From positions 1,178,001 to 1,242,000 of the forward strand of contig CDLV01000012.1 in the NCBI GenBank assembly GCA_001244265.2: a stretch of 64,000 nucleotides of DNA, in the 5' to 3' direction. Position 1 is the stretch's first letter. Each line of letters opens with the position of its first letter. This document shows, in pieces, positions 14,537-33,594 of the stretch. A model generated the notes under the pieces. That model ran no database searches. It had not been told where the DNA came from and saw nothing but the letters and a program-made list of their open reading frames with translations. The stretch comes from Microbotryum violaceum (lineage: Eukaryota). Position numbers and translations under genes: made by a program.

Positions 14537-17500
14537 ATGGCCGACGCGATGTCACCCCAAGCCTCGCCGCACCAGCACTTGTTGCGACCAAGGCGACCAC
14601 TGCAACGATCGCCATTTGGCGTCAACGTCGCACCTCGTTCATCGTCCCCCGTTCGCCAGACCGTTGGCGTCGGCTCACAAGACTTTGCCAAACTGTGTTC
14701 CGAATCATACGACCCCGCGCCGCAGCCGACACGTGATTCGACCCAGAACCCTCAGCACGCCAATCCGCTCGTAACCTTCAGCCCCATCGGTCGCGGTCGC
14801 GAGAGAGGTCGAGGACGCTCCTCTGCATCGTCTCCACGTCTCGACAACGAGTCCAAGCTGCAGACCGACGATGCCTACAACTCGGCGATCGCTCGGCTCG
14901 ACCTCGTTGGTGACGGCGGGGACCAGTCGCGCCCCACCACCCCCGCCACCGTCGCCGATGACAACATCGCCTCGAGCCCACGGGAAAAAGTCGCCGCGAT
15001 GCGACGCCTGACCTCGACCATTACGAACGCCTTCTCCCCCAAGGTTCCGCGTGCCAACACCGCTCCTGCCAAGGGCTTCCACTTTTCCGACATGAACCAG
15101 GAGCTCGGCGCGATCGAATCCGACCCTCGAGTTTCGTCCTCGGCGCCGCGCATGCCCACTCGCCGAACGACCAGTCGCAAGCTCGCCGAGAACGCATCGA
15201 GATCGGCCGAGTCTGATGTGGACTCTGAGCAAGCTTTGCGGCTGGCGATCAAGTCGTCCTGGACGCCATCGCGGCGGGATGCCTCGGGCTCGGGTTCGGC
15301 GGCGAGCGGCTTGGGTCAACCTTTCTCGGCCTTGACCGAGACGCGCCGACGGAAAAGCGCAGAAATGGAGGAAGAGGATCGGGAACCTTACTCTCCCGTG
15401 CCAGCTCGACGTCGGGATGGTCAGATCCGCGCCCCCTCGCTTGTGCATGCCCATACCGTGCGCCCCTCTCGGTCGCTCGCTTTCCACGCTTCGCCGCTCA
15501 AGTCACCGAAACAGGAGTTGAACTCGTCGGCAGTGCCTCGCGGTACTTTCATGCAAACGTTGGTCCCGTCGACGTCGCGAAACATCAACTTCAACCCGCA
15601 ACGGGGTGCCACACGATCGTCGTCGAAAAACGGCGAAGACTTTGACTTCCTAGCCTCACCGCCACCCTACAAGCGGCTGTCCGTCGATCGCCTCGAGATG
15701 TCGCCTCCTCGACAGCCCGATCTCGAGTTATTTGGAAACCATGGATACGTCTCTGCCAAGAGTCCGCCACCAACACAGCCCCGGCGAGCAACACGGACCA
15801 AGTCGTTCTCTCGAGCGACGGTACCGTCCTTCAGCCTGGACGGGATACCCTCGTCCCGCTCACATCCGAGCCCCACCAGTGGCGAACTCTCCTCAACCGC
15901 TGCATTCGCGTCGTCGAGCACCACACCGCGTACCCGCTCCGAGGAGGCACCGAAGCCGGTCGTAGGTCGCAGTCGGGCGTCTTCCTTCACCACCGCTCTC
16001 GACACGCTTATGGAAGGTGGTCCGGCCCCCGTTCGTTTTGCGAGCAGCAGCTCGAGCAGCAGCTGCAACATGGACGTCGAGATGGAAGAATCTGTGCGGA
16101 AGCAGGAGAAAGATGCCGTGCTCTTGTTTGGCGGACGAGCCCTCTCGGACCCGCACTCGATGAACTATCGCTCAAAATCTTCCACGACGCCGCTGCACAC
16201 ATTGCTTAGTGGATCGCCACTGCGTGACGCTCAGCGGGGTTGGTCCATGCCCGACTTTTCGGTGACGGGTCACTCTTCGGCCGAGGCGTCGTCCCTGCCC
16301 AAGGCCAAGACGTCTTCTTCGCTGTCGAGTCGCCTGCATCCGCGGAATCAACCGGGCATTCCCTTCCCCCTGAGCTCGATGGCGTCCATGGACTCGCTTC
16401 ATTTCCCCGCAACCCACCCGACATCGTCCCAGTCGCCCTTCGCACCTGCTTCGGCGAGCGATTTCCTTACTTCACATGACGGGCCTGTTGGTAGTCGCAA
16501 GCGCAATGCCAACGGTGCGCTCTTGGTCGGTCCGGGCTTCTTGGCTAGCGCCGGCACGAGCAACCTCAGCGCCGAGTCCCCTATCGTCGCCCAAGACTCG
16601 CTACATTGGGACGCTTGCGACGAAGAGACGGACCACATGACGGACGAAGATCTCGATCCGATGTCCTTATGCTGGGACGGGACTCGATCCCCGCCCCCTC
16701 CTCCTCTGACCGATGGCACCACATCTGCGTCGTCGTCGCTGTCAACGGCATTAAGCAGCCACGCCGAGGGCCCGGATCACGTCGTGATTGCGCATTTAGA
16801 AGGCCCGCGAGCCTCGACTTCGACCCGTTCCCTCGACAGCAGCACCGGTGGCATTCACCCCGCCAAGCTCAGCTCGCTCGACACCTCATTCTTCACACCC
16901 CAAAACTACAAGAATGCCCGTCCATCGCAAGCCGCGTTCATGTCGACGGGGCTCGTGAGCAAGAAGCACAGCCGACCATGCGGCAACAGTCTCGGTGGAC
17001 CGCCAATGCTCGACTTTCACGCGTCGGCAACCGGCGAGAACGCGTCGCCTCCGAGTGCTGCGCCCCTCGTCGAATCCTTCTCGTCGACCAGTCTTTCCGC
17101 GTTCGGCGTCCCCGTCGCAGCTGTTGCGGCTCCGAACGCGATCCCGAGTCGACTCTCGATGCCCGACACCCCGATGAAGCGATCGGTTGGCCTGTCCCAC
17201 GCACTCAACGCCAGTGACCTCGCCTCCCCTCTGCCTGCTCACGCCACCCCGCCAGGCTTTCTCGTCGACCTTGTCGACTCTTCTAGTCCACCCTCGGCAT
17301 CATCTCCGCTGGTCGGGCCGACCGAATCGACCGACTCGCTCTCGCCTTGGCGTCCCGGAGGTCTGAGCCAGGATACGCGCAGTCGATCGACGAGTCCGCG
17401 TTCGCAATGCTCGCTCGACAGCGACGGCGGCGCGGGCGGCAACGATGCCAGTCCCACCGCTCTCGCCGCCGTGGCTAAAGCTCGGTCATCTTCCAAGCTC

Positions 17501-19280
17501 GGTAGCGCATCTCGCAACCTTTTGACGATGCCGGCCATCTTCCGTCGACGCAGCAGTGGTCAACTCGGCCCGCTCAACACCAAGCGCGAGATCTCGAACC
17601 TCAACTACTCGAGCGCGGGATCGTCGCGAACGCCTACGATTGTCTCGCCCAACTTGGAACCGATGACACCGACTCGAAGTGCAGGAGCACAGTGGTGGGA
17701 TGGTGAGTCTCTGAATCGCGCCTATCCTCCTGAAGCCATTTTGCTGACCGCGTTACCCGCGCACCCACAGCCAAAGCTCAGCTCCTCGACACTCCCAGCG
17801 GTTCCAACCGATTCGTCGAGCAGCCCAATTTGGGGCAACCCGTCTCAGCCATGAAGCGGTCGCCCCCGACGCATTCGATTGCGGCGGCGCAGGGTCGACA
17901 GTCGTTCCCATTGTCCGAACTCGAACGACACCGCTTTGACAAGACGCACGCTCGCCCCGTCACCTTTGGTAGATCCCACGGCAAGTTGCGCCAATCATCT
18001 TCAGCGACGGACTCGCTCGATGCGCGAGACGACCAACAGTCTAATTATTTTGAGACGAACTTTGTCGTCACCCGTGCGCTTGGGACCGGCGCATTCAGCG
18101 ATGCTTACGAGGTAGTGGACCGAAGTCGGCAGGATGGAGTTTACGCCGTCAAACGGACGAAACAGCCCTTTGGAGGGCCCCGAGATCGGTAAGTATTTCC
18201 CACGTTCCGGAGACGAAGTACCACACATCTTCGTTACTGACCCGTACATGTCTCTAACCCCCAGTATCCGGCGGTTGGAAGAAGTCGACATTTTGCGCTC
18301 GCTGTCGAACGAGGCGCAGCGGTCACCTCGACTGATCTCACTCGTCGACGCATGGGAGCAGAGTGGTCGTCTCTTCATCCAGACCGAAGTATGCCCGAGC
18401 GGCAACCTCGAGGTTTTCCTGGACACCTACGGCCACGACCACGAACACCTCGAGGAAGCGCGCGTGTGGAAGATTATGGCCGAAATCGCCGCTGGGATCG
18501 GGCACTTGCATTCGCGACACATCATCCATCTTGACATCAAGCCCGCCAATATATTCATCACCGACCTCGGCCACCTCAAAATCGGCGATTTTGGTCTCGC
18601 GACACGATGGCCGAGGACCGATCCAGCCAGTGTCTTTAAGGGTGCCGCGTTGAGGAAGGTCAGTGGATCGACACCGTCGGCTGGGTTTCCAGAGTATTCT
18701 TGGGCTCTCGATCAGGGTGAACGGAGGGTCAGGGCCAAGAGTAATGGTGATGCGCCGGAGGACCTCGAACGGGAAGGCGATCGCGAGTATATTGCTCCTG
18801 AAATCCTTTCAGGTCGCTACGGCAAAGCGGCCGATATGTTCAGGTAAGTCGGAGCCGGTGTCGACAGCGTGCATTTATCAGATTCAAAAACTGACGATTG
18901 ACGTTTACATTTACTCTAGTCTCGGCCTCGTCGTTTTGGAAGCCGCCGCGAACGTTGCGCTCCCGGATAACGGACCCGAATGGCACCGACTCCGTTCGAA
19001 CGATCTTTCCGGCGTCGAACTAGCCCACCTCTCCATGCCCCTGATCGAAATCCTTCAAGGCCTCCTTCAACGTACACCGGAGAAACGCGTCGATGTGATC
19101 AGATTGAATCGACAAGGCGTCATGCATGCTTTGCAGAACGGGACGTTCGAATGTCAACCTGCGCTCGTGGAGGAGAGGGAAACTTTCTTGGAGGATTTGT
19201 TCGCGACGATTGTGGCGCGCGAGGTGGAGGCTCCGATTGATCATGAGGAAGAGGAGGAATCGGGTATGGTCGTGGATTAG
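14537..19280 (+). CDS. WEE1: Wee1/Swe1-family CDK-inhibitory kinase
   Basis: Long Ser-rich N-terminus with AAFMSTGLVSK and MPDTPMK. Kinase domain LGTGAFS, YAVKR, HLDIKPANIF, KIGDFGLA, EGDREYIAPE, NVALPDNGPEWHRLRS. Confidence 0.88.
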
Positions 19281-19609
19281 AGGGGAAGAATAAGCCCTGG
19301 AACGAAGTTTTCCGATCAGAGTACTGCAGATCCTCCCCTCTCTATCTCGCAGCTGTTTGTTTTCGCCTTGGTTATGTTTATTATGTTTGGTGTAGTGACC
19401 TCCCAATTATGAAGCGCATGACTATAATCTCCCCCGACTTTTTTCTTTTTCTTTTTGTTTTTCCAGCGGTTTAGCGGTAGTAGTAGATCACGATGTTGCC
19501 AAAGACACAAAGCCTGATTGGTGAATGGAAGTGATATTACATGGTCCTACAAAAATGCTCGAATCGCACCAGTGGAGATCGAAAGGGAAGTGGGTGGGTA
19601 CGGGGAGAA

Positions 19610-20809
19610 TCAGCGGTCCTGGATGTCGGAGAGCAGGCGAAGGACTTGAAGGAAGAGGTTGATGAAATCCAAGTAGAGCGAAATCGAGGCCATCACCCAG
19701 TCGTCAACGTGCAGCCTCTTCATCAGCATGTGGGTGTCGTAGATGATGTACATGCTGTGTTGGAAGTGTGAGAGCACGGTGAGCGTTTTTTGGGGTCAAC
19801 ATTTTTTTGGTAATTAAAGCGCCAATTTGGACAGAGGTCTTACCTGAACAGCAAGACTCCCACCGCGGCCATGATGAGATCCATTGTGCTGGAAAAGGGG
19901 ATGAACATCCCAACCAGACTGGTGATAAAAAATACGAGCAAGGCGGAGAAGAGGTAGGGCCCCATCGAGTCGAACTCGTATTTGCTTTGAAGGGTGAAGA
20001 GCGTGAGGCCGACAAAGAGACCGAGCGTGATGCCGAGAGCGAGGAGGACAATGCGTTGGTCGTAGAAGGAGACGACGGCACCGACCGAGACGCCTTCGCA
20101 GAGCGTGAAGGCGCCGAGAAAGACGAGGTTGAGGGGGTGCGAGTGGCGCTTCCAGAAGGCACCGAGCATCATCGCGACTGCGTAGGAGAATGGTGGGACC
20201 TGGGGCTCAGCAATGCTCCGTCTGGTCCTTCATGCTCATTTGGACTTACAGGAACCCAGGATGGGGATCAACATGAGACCCGAGTGTTCTCGAGTCCATT
20301 GCGTCGCCGCTTCGCCGCGCATCAACATGCCGACGCCGAACGTGGCGAGCTGAGTAACGGATCAACGATAGGGGGCGGGCACGTGGGGTGGGGTAGGTCA
20401 GCCATCAGAGAGTCGGCGCGGCGAATCCCGAACTTAGCAAAGTGTCAGGTGGTTGAAGCTTACCAACTGCATCGTGAGGACGATGTAAACCTTGCGCACG
20501 AACTGCATGCGCACATCTCTTGAAGACTGCGACACGGTCACTCCGATCTGGTGGGTCGTACCGCATCGTTCAGAAAGGTCAGTATGCGAGCGCGTACATA
20601 GTTAGCAGTGTCAGAGAGAACGGATCTAAACTAACTTTAAAATCCTCAGCAATGTCATCCTCGTCGTCACCACGGGCCCCAGCCTGAAGCAAGGGGTCGC
20701 GATCGCGATCGTCGTTCGTCGCGCCGTAGCCGGCCGACGATGACGCGTGCGGCTGGTACGTCGGAGGCAGTTGCGTATGCGTCGTGGCGGTCGACGAGGG
20801 CTTTGACAT
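19610..20809 (-). CDS. BXI1: Bax inhibitor-1/TMBIM family membrane protein
   Basis: MRMQFVRKVYIVL, RHSHPLNLVFLGAFTLCEG, GLTLFTLQSKYEF, YIIYDTH, ISLYLDFINLFLQVLRLL. Confidence 0.85.
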
Positions 20810-21074
20810 GGCGGGTCGGGTTTGAGCGTGTGTGGTGGACGTGCTCGAGGGCGGAATTGAGACGAAGCGGGTGTGGTGGGACGGAGGAGACAAGCGAAGA
20901 CGGTCGGTGGGCGAGGCAGTGGCTCCACTGTGCCTCCGTCGCGGCTTCTTTGAGCTTCTTGTCCGATCTGACTCGAGCGTGTGATTAGTGGCGCAGCACA
21001 CAACGAAGCGGTCCGAGCTCAGTCGTGCCCCACACTCGCGATCATTCTGTCAATCCACGCTCCTGTCCCCCTAG

Positions 21075-22528
<1,454 letters not shown>

Positions 22529-22797
22529 ATTGTAGCGATGAAAACGTGTGGCGAGGAAATGTAGCGATGGCATGTAGCAAGACTTGGAATGAGTTTCATG
22601 CGTGCTTACAAGACCCGGTTTTCTTGTCAATCTAACGGGTTCCCACTAGTGTCCTAAAAGGTATTTGCTTCTCAGCTCGGCGAGCCTTCAGTTTGGTCAG
22701 GCTTTTTCTTGAAGAAAACGCCCCGTTTGCAACGCCGCGTTTCCAGCGACTCCACTATATTGTAGGCAAAGGGCACCTTTGGTACGAGGCTGAAGCG

Positions 22798-22860
<63 letters not shown>
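22798..22860. terminator. A63 tract (T63 on the tRNA strand); probable Pol III terminator of tRNA-Asp copy 1
   Basis: It is the first T-run downstream of the tRNA on the minus strand, 31 nt after the 3' end. Confidence 0.55.
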
Positions 22861-22862
<2 letters not shown>

Positions 22863-22891
22863 CGCCGTAGAATCGCGAATGAACACCTAAT

Positions 22892-22962
22892 CTTCCCAGC
22901 CGGGAATCGAACCCGGGCCACACGCGTGACAGGCGTGGATTCTACCTCTATACTACTGAGAA
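22892..22962 (-). tRNA. tRNA-Asp(GTC), copy 1
   Basis: TTCTCAG/CTGGGAA acceptor stem, CACGC-CTGTCAC-GCGTG anticodon arm, CCGGG-TTCGATT-CCCGG T arm. 71 nt, no intron. Confidence 0.95.
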
Positions 22963-23019
22963 TTGATAAGTATTGGCGCAGTTTTAACGTATATATTACC
23001 AAACAAAATAACCAAATTA

Positions 23020-23070
23020 TCATACAAAAAAAAAAAATCATACAAAAAAAAAATCATACAAAAAAAAAAA
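23020..23070 (+). repeat. (TCATAC-An) x3; identical to the terminal 6 nt plus tail of LINE family B
   Basis: tcatac-A12, tcatac-A9 and tcatac-A10. Family B ends ...gagtttcatac(A)n. Confidence 0.7.
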
Positions 23071-24316
23071 CCACGCTCCCAAGCTGTTGGACTTGTTCAA
23101 CTCGATTTGGGAGGGCGGCAAAATGACGGCGTCCTTGGCAGAGGGGCTGGTGCGGCTTTTGCCCAAGAACAAACCGGGGGCCAATCTGAAATCACTGGGG
23201 GCATATCGACCGATCACACTGCGCGAGACAACCTACAAGGTCCTCAGCAAGGTCTTGGTGGCGCGACTCAATGGGGTGCTCGGCGAGCTTTTGCCGCCGG
23301 CGCAACACGGGTTCATGCCATCAAGACGTTCAGCAGACGCGGGAAGTCATCTCACTCTCCTTCTCGAAAAACTCAAGTCGCTAGGCACTGAAGTTTTCCC
23401 CGAGGGCGCCCTCTTGTCCTTGGATCAGCAGAGCGCGTACGATCGGGTCGATCACGCATGGATCTTCGACGTCTTCGAGGCCTTTGGCTTTGGTGAGCGT
23501 TTCATTTCCCTGCTGCGCGCTCTGTACGATCCCGAGACTCTGGGGGTGCGCTACCTCATCAATGGGTTCCCCACGGAGTTGGTGCGGTTGCTGTGTGGTC
23601 TCGGTCAGGGGGATCCCCTCTCGTGCCCGGTTTGGAACATCACGTTCCAGCCCTTCCTCGACGCCCTCGTTCGGCGCGGGATCGCGCTCGACCTGCAGAA
23701 GGTGTGGCCAGGGGGCCGCGTGCGCAGCTTACGCATCTGGCGTTTGCCGACGATGCTGTGGTGGTGGTGGAGTCACCGGCGGCATTGTCGAAGCTGGAAA
23801 CGCTGTCGCAGGCGTGGTACAAGGCAACCAACGGGAAGACCAACACGGACAAGACGCTGGTGCTACCACTCGGACCGAACTGGCTTCGGGACGAGACTGC
23901 GCAGGCGCTGCCATCGGTGCAGGAGGGGGAGAGCTTCAAGTGGTGCGGCTATGCCTTCTTTCGCCATGGTGACTCGAAACTGTTTTGGACCCATGTTCTT
24001 GACAGGATCAAGGCCAAGACCCGCGCCGCTGGAGACCGGACACTTTCGCCGAGTGGGAAGGTCTTCTATGCCAACGCTCACATCATCTCGACGGTCCTCC
24101 ACGTGCTGTCCTTCGACATACCGCCTCAATGGTTCATTAAGGCGGCGGAGACAGCACTTACGGATTTTGTCTGGGAAGGAGCAGGGCGAAATACCGTCGC
24201 TCGCGATTTCGTGTTCCAGGCTCGGGAGGACGGTGGCTTGGGCTTGATTTCGATCGGCGACATCGTTCATTCGGTGGCGCTTCGGTTTTGGGATGCTGTA
24301 GCGGGCTCGGACGAGG

Positions 24317-29336
<5,020 letters not shown>

Positions 29337-31480
29337 CGAGGCGATCTAGGCGCCCCTAGCTCGCGAGAGCTGGAGGTCCCTCGTCGCTGCGACCCGCGAT
29401 TTCAGTCCGTGGGGGTTCTTCAGCAGCACGGCTCGGGTCGAGAAGCTGTATCGCGACTCGACGCGCTGGGGGCAGTCGTTGCAGCGGCCAGGGTCACAGT
29501 TCCAACCATCAAGTCCGAATTCCTTACGCTCCCCGAATTGCTCTCGCTTCCGCCTCGCCTCCCTTCACTCTATGCTGAAGGTGCCAAGCACGCATATGAC
29601 GATGCGGACGCAGTGGCGAAGTTTGCGCAGATCGCGGACCTGTACTGGAGGGACGAAGGGAAGGGCTGGGCTCTGGTTGGTCATCGACGCGGGTTCTGGC
29701 AGCACTCTAAGGAACCCGCCCTACAGCACGAGCACGTGTGGTCGCGCGTGGGTCAGTTGCTCAAGGCGAAAGCCTTGCTGCCCAAGACCGCGTTGCGACC
29801 TGCTCGGATACCTCTCAAGGAGGCTCCCCGTCCTCGGTGCTTCAACTTCTTTGGGCTCATTCGACCTTTTACGATTCGCAAGCTTCGTCGGCTTGTGAAC
29901 GTGGTTCGGTTCCCAGGGAGGGAGGATCGTGTCAAGCGTTTCCGTGATGGGTCTTCTCAGAGCGATAGGAAGCGCTTCTGGAGATGGCTTCATGACCGGT
30001 TCGCGTCTGCTGTGGAGCAGGACACCCACTGGCGGCTCATGTACGACGTGACGCCGACGCGCAAGAGGCAGCATACTCAGGGTCATGCCTCTTCGCCGAC
30101 GTGTCTGTTCTGCGGCAAAGATGCAGCGGTCATCGAGACGGTGTCGCACTACTTCTTCGAGTGCGCGTACTCGACCAGCTTCTGGGGTGGGGTGCTTCGT
30201 ATTCTGTTCGACAAGCTGGGCATCGAGGATACCGACGTCGATCCGTCGACGTTCACTCCGGAGCAGCTGACTATGGGGCTCCCCCTTTTGCGGGGTCGTG
30301 GGAGAACGACCTCGAAATGGATGTGGGTTCGGCTGGCTTGCGCGATCGGCTTCCAGCGGCTGCACCTGCTCCGCTGGCGCGTTCATCAGCGGTTCGAGCT
30401 GGACAAGGTCGTGGCCCCTCCCTCGCTCCCCAGTGCACTCAGAGCGTTCGAGCGAGATTTTCTCTCTCGAGCGGGTTTTGTGCCTGGGGCTCGAGATTGG
30501 GAGGTGTGATGACCGAGTTAAGTTCTTCCTTCCCATTTTCCTTCCCTCCTTTCCTCCCTTCTTTTTCGGAGGTCGACTCCTCTTTTAGAAGCTGACTGTC
30601 TTGAAACTTGTTGCGCAGTGGAAGGCTGCGCACCTCTCTCTCTCTCTCTCTCTCTACTTTGCGCAGTAGCGGTTTTTTGTTCTTGGATGGATCGGCAAGC
30701 CAGGTCGATTGTCTTTGCGTTGGAGGCTTTGTGAAGTTTTTCCCTCTCCTTTCCCCCTTTTTTCCCTTCCCTTCCTCTTCTCGTTCCTGTTGCTCGGTTG
30801 TTGACTACGCTTCAGCCACTTCTCCTTTTACTCCTAAGCCGTGTGTTGGATTCCGTTGAATGGTTCGTTCGTTCGCGTTGGTCAAGATCTACGGCATGGC
30901 TCGGGAAGGAAGGTCGCTCGTTTCTGGTCAATATCCTCGCGTCAAGGCGAGGCTCGTTTCGTTGTACTGGATCGCTTTTCTCTCGGCCCCGATGGCTCAA
31001 CAGCCAGCACTCGAGATTCAGCCAAGGGAGGACATCAGGCGCTGTCGGGGTGACGAGTAGCTGGGGCTTGGCTGCGGCCTGTTAGTCCCTGGGGACCTCT
31101 ACCTCCGGCTTCGACCCCCTCCCTTGGCCCCTCGGGTGTGTTCCCCTCCTCTCTGTCTTAGTATTCCTGGTTCTCCGTATCCCCAGTCGTGACTTTCTGT
31201 ATACTCTCCCCTTCTTTCTCTAGGCGCTCTTGCCTGGTTTTCGAGTATCTTTGCTCCCGCTCTTGGGACGTGAAGCGGCAGCAGTACTCACCGCCCGTTG
31301 GAGTCCGCGTTAGGTGCTCGGCGGGTTTTGATCTGCGCAGCGCTCTTTGCGCGCAGGGGTTTGACTTTCACCCAACTGCTTGCCGTCGTTGCTTTATAAC
31401 CTCCTTTAGCTCTTTTTGTAGCGGTCCCAGCCAACCCGAAGGATTGCAATTTATGAGCCCCAGTCAAAAAAAAAAAGAAA

Positions 31481-32961
31481 GCCTGGCAGGGGTGGAGGAT
31501 GACTTTACTCACTTTTGGCATGATTGCCCTGACTCTTCTCAATTTTGGCAAGCAGCTAGGTCCATTATCTGCGACGCGCTGGGGGTCGTGTCGATCCTCG
31601 ACCTCGACTACACGGCACTTCAGATCGAGCACGGCCTCCCTCGACTGCGCGCTCGCCTTCCGGCGTCGAAATTGCGCCCAATCCGCGCCTTCATTGCGCT
31701 GGCGCTCGACACTCTCAGCACTCGACGCTGGGATCTCCATCGCTACGCCAGAGCGATGTCGAGCTTGGACAAGGAGATGGCGGGACTGAAGGAGAGGTTG
31801 GAGCTCAGATTGGCACGATGAAGTAGACGGCGCTCCCTCAAGCAAAACCAAAAACCAAAAATACAACAAAAATGACATCGCCCTACCGTCGTGGGCCTCA
31901 TGCTCCTTCTTTCCCCAGTATCTGCGGTGATTGGGAACCACCTGCACGTACAAGGGGACTCGAGTGTGCGTTCCGATATTGGGAGTACGCCGCAGAAGCG
32001 AGGCCCCTGCGGAAGGCATACCCCGCCTCCTGTCTCCAGCCGCGCGCCGGTGTTGTCGGCCACCCGCCCGCGCTGCAGACCGAGACGTGTCCAATGGACT
32101 GTCACATGCTCCGTGACTTTGCCCGGAAATCTCTGGATTGTGTGTTTTTGTGCGAAGTAAGCCTGTTTCGCAGTTGCAGTCATTGAATAGGGGTGATCTG
32201 GGGTCGTGCGGTCGCGAGGGGGGGGGGGGGGGGGCGACTTTGGTAACCGAAAAGGGGTTTGGAATCCGCGTTGCAGAACCAGCGCAGTTGGGTACAAGGG
32301 GTATATGATTGCTGCGGTCCCAGGGCCCCCCTTTGGACCACGTGAATCATTCGGATTGAGCGGGCGGGATGTTGTGCCATCGGAGGCCTTGTTCGACGCG
32401 TCTCAAAGAATTAAGGGGGTTCAAGAATAAGAGACTGACGAGCGTGTAATCACAGACGCTACCAAATAAGAGACTGACGAGCGTGTAATCCAACCGTGGA
32501 GAGAAGACAACGGTTGGTGCACATCGCCAGGCTTCACTAAACAGACGAGCGCTTCTAAACAAATTACCAACGAACGCGCCATTCCTAACCCTCATTTCCA
32601 CAACACCAACTTCAAGGAGGAGTATGGCGGTCTCAGGGGGGGGGTCCTGAAGTCAAAAGATCGAAGAAGGTTCAACTGTACAACTATGATGGGATTCGCC
32701 TGTACAACACATGTACCACCACCAAGAATTCCTCTATTGTTTCCCGATTCTTCGTGTACTATCTTCAATCTTTCTTTCATTCGTCTCTGGGAGGGAGCAA
32801 CCGTGGGTGGGGGGGACTTGAACTCGGATGTATCGGGTTGGTCTGTTCTGCTAGTTACAACGCATCGAGCAGCGGTTGTGGTCATCATCGTGCATACTGG
32901 GCAGCATCTCCTTTACTTCCGTAGGGGGTTTTCTCGTCTTGCGTTTTATACAAGAAAAAAA
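31481..32961 (+). mobile_element. Non-LTR family B variant (B'), 5'-truncated and diverged
   Basis: ORF2 end LAGVEDDFTHFWHDC...ELRLAR nearly matches 50897-51237. The 3' UTR has large indels relative to B, and the tail is degenerate (aagaaaaaaa). Confidence 0.9.
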
Positions 32962-33068
32962 CTCACATCTTGTGGGCGGTTTGTGTTATCATCGTCGACC
33001 TCATCTAGTTTTTCCGTAGGCTAAACAGGGGAAACATGAACTGGAGTAATATGATGAACAGTTTTTAC
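32962..33068 (+). mobile_element. Degenerate 3'-end fragment of non-LTR family C
   Basis: Similar to 35631-35741 (gggcggtttgtgttatcatcgt...ttccgtaggc...aatatgatgaac) with many substitutions and no tail. Confidence 0.8.
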
Positions 33069-33299
33069 TCCATCTCGCGACTTGCAAGGATCAGATATCA
33101 GACCTTTACACTGGCCGTTCCTCTGGCCATCCTCCTCCGCCTACATTGGTTCGGAGCGAACATTTGAACGATGCCCATCCGTGCTCACCCTTCGATCCGG
33201 TCGACCGATTGACGTCGAGCCCGGCCATAGGGGAGAGGCAGATACCTGTATCGGAAGACGATTAAATGCAACACAAGGAGTTTGAACGGCAAAAACAAA

Positions 33300-33370
33300 C
33301 TTCCCAGCCGGGAATCGAACCCGGGCCACACGCGTGACAGGCGTGGATTCTACCTCTATACTACTGAGAA
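33300..33370 (-). tRNA. tRNA-Asp(GTC), copy 2
   Basis: Identical to copy 1 and immediately followed by a TTTGTTTTT terminator on the minus strand. Confidence 0.95.
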
Positions 33371-33444
33371 CGTGAGTTTGAGAACGTGAGTTCGTAATTT
33401 GTTTTTGACGCTTCTCAATCCTTACAAAAAAAAAAAAAATCCTC

Positions 33445-33594
33445 CGGATGTATCGGGTTGGTCTGTTCTGCTAGTTACAACGCATCAAGCGGCGGTTGTG
33501 GTCATCATCGTGCATGCTGGGTAGCATCTCCTTTAGTTCCGTAGGGGGTTTTCTCGTCTTGCAAATTAGCGATGAGTTTCATACAAAAAAAAAA
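33445..33594 (+). mobile_element. Non-LTR family B, ~140-bp 3'-end fragment with poly(A)
   Basis: Matches 52475-52629. Flanked on both sides by (A)n-TCCTC (TSD). Confidence 0.92.

Noticed and set aside
22672-23126. Poly-Lys/poly-Phe ORFs
   Set aside because: Artefacts of the A-tracts, overlapping the tRNA gene.
32434-32470. Hammerhead-like CTGACGA followed by a GCGT/ACGC stem
   Set aside because: The required GAAA after stem II is absent (TACCAAA instead), and no stems I/III were found.
33300-33594. tRNA-derived SINE (tRNA head plus LINE 3' tail)
   Set aside because: The tRNA and LINE fragment are on opposite strands, and the tRNA is intact with its own terminator.
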